Shown: positions 14,912 to 19,350 of the stretch, in pieces
Layout: every line of letters begins with the position of its first letter
Position numbering within the stretch: the first letter of the stretch is position 1
From: an uncultured Gemmatimonadota bacterium
Lineage (GTDB): Bacteria > SM23-81
Length of the DNA: 19,350 nt
Direction of reading: 5' to 3'
Assembly (NCBI GenBank): GCA_964584035.1
Contig: CAZOYL010000041.1
Coordinates: 1 to 19,350 of the forward strand
Translations under genes and position numbers: made by a program
Notes under the pieces: generated by a model
Told to the model about the DNA's origin: nothing
The model's database searches: none
Seen by the model: the letters and a program-made list of their open reading frames with translations, nothing else

Positions 14912-16690
14912 TCATTCGGTCCCCGGTGCGTTCGACTCGGCCAGCCGACGAGCCATCTCCAACTGTCCCCGGCGGCCGGTCACCCGGCCTTCCAGTACGG
15001 CCATGAGCACGGCGTCGAGAATACGCCGGTAGGCGACGCCGGGGAGCAGACCCATATTCCTGATATCCTCACCGTCGATGTCCAAGTGCACATCGCGCAG
15101 CCGTGAGCGGTAGTGCAAGATGCGCCCGGCTACGGCCCGGCTACCGCCCCGGGCCATGAGCGCGATCAGCACCTCGTTTGGAAAACGGTGCAGAATTTCG
15201 TAAAGCACGCTGTTAGATGGCCGGCGGGGCGCGCTGAGCGCCTTGATCACCTCCCCGCCGAAGCGATGGGCCAGGCGCAGAGCCTCTATGGCTCGCCGCT
15301 GCAGAGCGAGACGATCGGATAACCGTTCCACTTCAGCGAGGGACAATGGAGATAACAATCCCAACAGATAGGCCAGCCAGACGGACAGTTCATCGCCCGG
15401 CCAGCGCTTGTCCCACTGCGACAGGTATCGACCGATTCTCTTGAGCCGTTCGATCAGCTCCGGAGTGAGTCTCAGGCCGCTCTGGAGGCTCTCTAAAATG
15501 CCCAGCCGGCCGAGACGGCGAATGGCCGGCAGCGGCTTCGGCTCGCGCAGCAGAATCAGCAGCTCATCCCTGAGACGTTGCCCCGAGATGCGGTCCAGCA
15601 TATTGGCCGCGGCCGCCTGCCGAAGCAGATGTCTGGTGCGGGAGCTCATCCGGAAGCCGTATCGGCCCTCGAAGCGTACCGCTCTGATCATTCGGGTGGG
15701 ATCATCCACAAAACTGAGGTTATGCATCACCTCGATGGTCCCGCGGGCCAGATCACGACGTCCGCCGAAGGGATCGACCAGGCGGCCGAACCGCCGGCCG
15801 GAGAGCTGAATGGCCATGCTGTTGATGGTAAAGTCCCGGCGATAAAGATCGTGTACCAGGGCCCCCGGCTCAACGGCCGGGAGCGCACCGGGATGACGGT
15901 ATTGCTCCCACCTGGCGGAGACGACATCCAGTTTCATCGCTCCCGGAAGAACCATCAGGGCCGTGGCGAAACGATGATAACAGACCACCCGCCCCCCGTG
16001 ACGGGTCACGTATTCATTGGCGAAGGCCATTCCATCCCCGACCACGGCCAGATCCATATCCATATCGTCGATATCCAACAGCAGATCGCGGACGCTGCCG
16101 CCCACCAGAAAGACCTCCTCACCCCGCCGCCGGCCCAGCTGTCCGGCCCTCCGCAGAGTCCTGATGATTTTGGGTGAATATCTCTTTTCCATGGCTTCCC
16201 GGAGATTGACTTCATCCTCCGGGAAAGAAAGAACGGTCGAGATGGATGAATCCGGGAAAGGGCCGCACCTGAGCAGATCGGATTGAGAGACCATGCCCAA
16301 CAGGACCTGCGAACGCATCACGGCCAGATGCTCGATGCGGTTCTCGGCCATGAGGCGATACATCCGCTGCCAGGAAGTACCGGGGCCGACCGAGAACAGG
16401 GGAACGGTCATGATGATGCCAAGTGATTCCCGGCCCAGACGGTGATCGATGGCTCTGGACAGATCCCATCGACTGACCATCCCGACGACCCGGTCTCCCT
16501 CCAGTACAGGCAGGCAGTTGGCATTCCACCGGCGCATCCGATCCATCGCCTCAGCGACCGAGGTCCCCCCCGAGAGCGTCCCCGGCAGAGGCTTCATCAG
16601 CTGGACGGCCCGGGGTTTCCGCCTGGTCGACCGACCGCCTCCCGGGGAGGCCATCTTTCCGTCCATCGTCAGCATGAAAGACCGGATCAT
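14912..16690 (-). CDS. CBS-pair plus class II tRNA nucleotidyltransferase (CCA/A-adding, poly(A) polymerase family)
   Basis: N-terminal CBS pair (LPVLEGDRVVGMVSRWDL, LLGMVSQSDLL); VGGSVRDLLL..DMDL; ARWEQY; DLYRRDFTINSMA; LVDPFGG; SFVDDPTRMIRAVRF. Confidence 0.88.
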   Translation of the reverse strand: MIRSFMLTMDGKMASPGGGRSTRRKPRAVQLMKPLPGTLSGGTSVAEAMDRMRRWNANCLPVLEGDRVVGMVSRWDLSRAIDHRLGRESLGIIMTVPLFSVGPGTSWQRMYRLMAENRIEHLAVMRSQVLLGMVSQSDLLRCGPFPDSSISTVLSFPEDEVNLREAMEKRYSPKIIRTLRRAGQLGRRRGEEVFLVGGSVRDLLLDIDDMDMDLAVVGDGMAFANEYVTRHGGRVVCYHRFATALMVLPGAMKLDVVSARWEQYRHPGALPAVEPGALVHDLYRRDFTINSMAIQLSGRRFGRLVDPFGGRRDLARGTIEVMHNLSFVDDPTRMIRAVRFEGRYGFRMSSRTRHLLRQAAAANMLDRISGQRLRDELLILLREPKPLPAIRRLGRLGILESLQSGLRLTPELIERLKRIGRYLSQWDKRWPGDELSVWLAYLLGLLSPLSLAEVERLSDRLALQRRAIEALRLAHRFGGEVIKALSAPRRPSNSVLYEILHRFPNEVLIALMARGGSRAVAGRILHYRSRLRDVHLDIDGEDIRNMGLLPGVAYRRILDAVLMAVLEGRVTGRRGQLEMARRLAESNAPGTE

Positions 16691-16693
16691 CGA

Positions 16694-17587
16694 TCAGCCC
16701 CGGGGATGAAAGGTGCGGTGAACCTCTTTGAGATACTCTCGATCGACATGAGTATAGATCTGCGTGGTGGAGATATCGACATGCCCCAGCATTTCCTGAA
16801 CGGCCCGCAGGTCTGCTCCGCCCTCCAGGAGATGCGTGGCGAAGGAATGCCTCAGCGTGTGGGGACTGACCGGTGTCCGAATATCGGTCATAGCAACATA
16901 CTTCCTGAGCAGTTTCCAGAATCCCATTCTCGACAATCCTCTCCCCCTGAGATTGAGAAACAGGACCTCATTCGAGAGAGGACCGGCCAGCATCGGCCGG
17001 ACCTCCTCCTGGTAACGCTGAACCCATCGAACGGCCTCGCCGCCCACCGGGACCACCCGCTCCCGCCGGCCCTTTCCCAGAACGCGGATAAACTTCATCT
17101 CCAGCATCAGATCCGAGATCTTCAGCGACAACAGCTCCGAGACCCGCAGGCCGGCCGCATACATCAGCTCCAGCATGGCTCGATCACGCAAGCCGGCCGG
17201 CGCCGTTGTGTCCGGCTGCCGCATCAGCCGGTCGATCTCGCTCTGATGCAGCACATCGGGCAAGCGTTTCCACCGTCGGGGCGCATGAAGATATTCGGTG
17301 GGATTTCGAGCATCCTGACCCTCGTCCGCCAGAAATCGATGAAAGGACCGTATGGCCGAGAAGTGCCGTGCCACTGAAGAAGGAGCCAGCCCTTCCCGGC
17401 GCAGCTGGATCAAGTGTTCGGTCACCAGCTCGGAGGTCACTTTTTCTGAATACGTCCGTTTCCGGATGGCCAGGAAATCGAGATAGCGGCCGACATCCCG
17501 GCGATAGGCATCCAGACTGGCCGATGACAGCCGGCGCTCGACCTGCAAATACCGGATGAACTCCTCCAGTGCAGATTTAAGATCCAT
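16694..17587 (-). CDS. xerD: Site-specific tyrosine recombinase XerD (297 aa)
   Basis: ERRLS..SLDAYRRD; RDRAMLELMYAAGLRVSEL; GKGRRERVVP; PHTLRHSFATHLLEGGADLRAVQEMLGHVDISTTQIYTHV; XerD-type end HRTFHPRG. Start reassigned to ATG at 17587. Confidence 0.93.
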   Translation of the reverse strand: MDLKSALEEFIRYLQVERRLSSASLDAYRRDVGRYLDFLAIRKRTYSEKVTSELVTEHLIQLRREGLAPSSVARHFSAIRSFHRFLADEGQDARNPTEYLHAPRRWKRLPDVLHQSEIDRLMRQPDTTAPAGLRDRAMLELMYAAGLRVSELLSLKISDLMLEMKFIRVLGKGRRERVVPVGGEAVRWVQRYQEEVRPMLAGPLSNEVLFLNLRGRGLSRMGFWKLLRKYVAMTDIRTPVSPHTLRHSFATHLLEGGADLRAVQEMLGHVDISTTQIYTHVDREYLKEVHRTFHPRG

Positions 17588-17630
17588 GGCCGCGATCACT
17601 CTCCCGAAAGGACGGGGAAATAGGCGAATA

Positions 17631-18269
17631 TCAGAGCCATGAGCCGTGTGTTGAGAAAAAGGGATTCTGATGTCTTTCGGCGCCGATGGTGGTGCTGGGA
17701 CCATGGCCGGGATAGACGACGGTTTCATCGTCGAGAACGAGGAGCTTGTTGCGCACCGAAGCTAACAGAAGATTATAGGAGGCGCCTGGAAAATCCCAGC
17801 GGCCGATAGAGCCCGCGAAGAGGGTGTCGCCGGTGAACACCATTCCATCGCCCATCAGAGAGATACCCCCCGGAGAATGTCCCGGCGTATGAGCCACCTT
17901 GAGCTCCAGGTCGCCGATCCGGATGATGTCTCCTCCCTCCAACAGACGGTCGGCCGGAGGAGATGTGATCGGTTCGGCCAGCAGGTTGGAGAAGTTTTTC
18001 CGCGAATCGATCAGCATCTCACTATCGGCACGATGGATGAGCACCTCGGCGCCGGTTCGTTTTTTCAGAGCGCGGTTGGCCACAATATGATCCACATGTC
18101 CATGGGTATTGATGATCGAGCGCACCCGGGCCGTTAAGCGATACAGCACGGCCAGAATCCGTTCCACATCTCCTCCGGGATCGATCACGATGACCTCTTT
18201 TTTGATCGATGATCCATATATATAACAATTTGTTTGTAAATCACCTACAACAATATGCTCAAGTATCAC
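17631..18269 (-). CDS. MBL-fold metallo-hydrolase (glyoxalase II / YcbL-like)
   Basis: TNCY, IDPG, THGHVDH (HxHxDH), HTPGHSPG, FTGDTLF, YPGHG. Confidence 0.93.
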   Translation of the reverse strand: MILEHIVVGDLQTNCYIYGSSIKKEVIVIDPGGDVERILAVLYRLTARVRSIINTHGHVDHIVANRALKKRTGAEVLIHRADSEMLIDSRKNFSNLLAEPITSPPADRLLEGGDIIRIGDLELKVAHTPGHSPGGISLMGDGMVFTGDTLFAGSIGRWDFPGASYNLLLASVRNKLLVLDDETVVYPGHGPSTTIGAERHQNPFFSTHGSWL

Positions 18270-18353
18270 ATTAAAACTCCATCCTTATCGGATCGACTAA
18301 GATCGACTCCCTCCGGGGACACCAGGCCGTGTTCGGCCGCTCATTGCTCCATC

Positions 18354-19350
18354 TCAGGAAAGCGATGACGGGCCTGTGCCACGGTTGTAAAAGGACGTCA
18401 CGATTCGTTCGACCAGCTTGGGGCCCAGGCCCGGGATCTCCAATAACTCCTCCCGGGAAGCGCTTCGCAGGCGACGCAAAGATCCAAAATGTTTCAGCAG
18501 CTGCTGCGACCGCTCAGCCCCAATTCCGGGAATAGCCTCCAGCCCGGATTCCCGGATACGCCGGCCGCGAAGACGCCGATGGTACTCGATGGCGAATCGA
18601 TGGGCTTCATCCCGGATCCGTTGCAGAAGTCTCAGGGCCGGAGAGCTCTTGGATATCAACATCGGCCGTGACCGTCCCGGCAGAAACACCTCATCCAGGC
18701 GCTTGGCCAAACCGATCACCGCCGGCTGCTGAAGTCCCAATCTTTGGAGAGCGCCACAGGCCGCCGAGATCTGTCCCCTGCCTCCGTCCACCATGACCAG
18801 GTCGGGCAGTTTCCGATTCTCAGCCAGCAACCTGCGGAATCGTCGGCCGACCACCTCGGCCATCATGGCCGTATCATCCTGTCCCTTGACGGACCGGATC
18901 CTGAAGTGCCGATACTCCTTTTTCACTGCCCGGCCGTCGCGGAAGACGACCAGCGAGCCGACAGCATCCTGGCCGCCGATATTGGAGATATCAAATGCCT
19001 CCAGGCGACGGGGGACGGCCGCAAGATTCAACTCCTGCTGCAGTGCCACAACCGACCGGGGCAGAGTCGTTTTCTTCCCGTCTCGCTCCTCCATATCCTG
19101 GCCAAGCAAATGATCAGCGTTGACCAGGGCCATTCGGACCAGCTTGACCTTATCGCCGCGCTGGGGTACGGCCAGGTGGACCGGTCCTCCCCTCTGGTCG
19201 CTCAGCCATTGCCGCAGAAGTTCGAGATCTCCCGGGCGATGAGAGAGCAGGATCTCCCTGGGAATCAGAGTGGCATCGCCGTAATGGCGCCTGATCAAGG
19301 TGGACAGCGTCTCGGCGGGATCGATCAGGGACGGCAGGGTGGTATGAAAA
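18354..19350 (-). CDS. uvrC: Excinuclease ABC subunit C (5' part outside the window)
   Basis: Frame is open to the window edge. RNase H-like domain (EAFDISN, DDTAMMAEV..RRF, PDLVMVDGGRGQ, GLAKR, LLQRIRDEAHRFA) and a C-terminal HhH pair (IPGIG, IPGLG). Confidence 0.96.
   Translation of the reverse strand, partial: FHTTLPSLIDPAETLSTLIRRHYGDATLIPREILLSHRPGDLELLRQWLSDQRGGPVHLAVPQRGDKVKLVRMALVNADHLLGQDMEERDGKKTTLPRSVVALQQELNLAAVPRRLEAFDISNIGGQDAVGSLVVFRDGRAVKKEYRHFRIRSVKGQDDTAMMAEVVGRRFRRLLAENRKLPDLVMVDGGRGQISAACGALQRLGLQQPAVIGLAKRLDEVFLPGRSRPMLISKSSPALRLLQRIRDEAHRFAIEYHRRLRGRRIRESGLEAIPGIGAERSQQLLKHFGSLRRLRSASREELLEIPGLGPKLVERIVTSFYNRGTGPSSLS

Noticed and set aside
16694..17728. Tyrosine recombinase as a prophage or island integrase, and its 47-aa N-terminal extension
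   Set aside because: Size, motifs and housekeeping context match chromosomal XerD; no att site, tRNA or mobile genes are visible; the extension overlaps the MBL gene.
18206..18226. ATATATATAAC near uvrC/xerD as a LexA box or dif site
   Set aside because: It lacks the CTG-N10-CAG ends and the XerC/XerD arms, and it lies within coding sequence.
1..19350. Frequent CGATCG/GATC words as a HIP1-like repeat; CRISPR arrays, tRNA, rRNA or IS elements
   Set aside because: The apparent enrichment is modest and was not quantified rigorously; no repeat-spacer array, cloverleaf, rRNA or transposase was seen.

Overview
GC-rich bacterial chromosomal window in which every supportable gene lies on the minus strand. 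Read in transcription direction (right to left) it holds a housekeeping block: uvrC (5' end cut by the window), an MBL-fold hydrolase, xerD, a CBS-domain tRNA nucleotidyltransferase, an M50 site-2 protease and a dipeptide epimerase. A type IVa pilus locus follows: small membrane ORF, pilB, pilT, pilC, pilS, an unannotated 56-aa ORF, pilR, a sigma54-type promoter, pilA, pilD, then a c-di-GMP-I (GEMM-I) riboswitch with an intrinsic terminator, and minor pilins fimT/fimU, pilV, pilW and a large pilX-like protein that runs off the window. The most unusual element is the riboswitch. It sits inside the operon, abuts the pilD stop codon, and carries a 95-nt insertion in P3 that folds by eye into two adjacent hairpins. 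Its expression platform looks like an OFF switch for the minor pilins, while PilB carries an MshEN c-di-GMP-binding motif. Other points of interest are the >500-aa PilX with an HpsA-like C-terminal motif, two small ORFs in the pil operon, a candidate enhancer motif shared between two promoter regions, and an aromatic-rich pilin. All structures and motifs were read by eye; no searches or folding programs were run.
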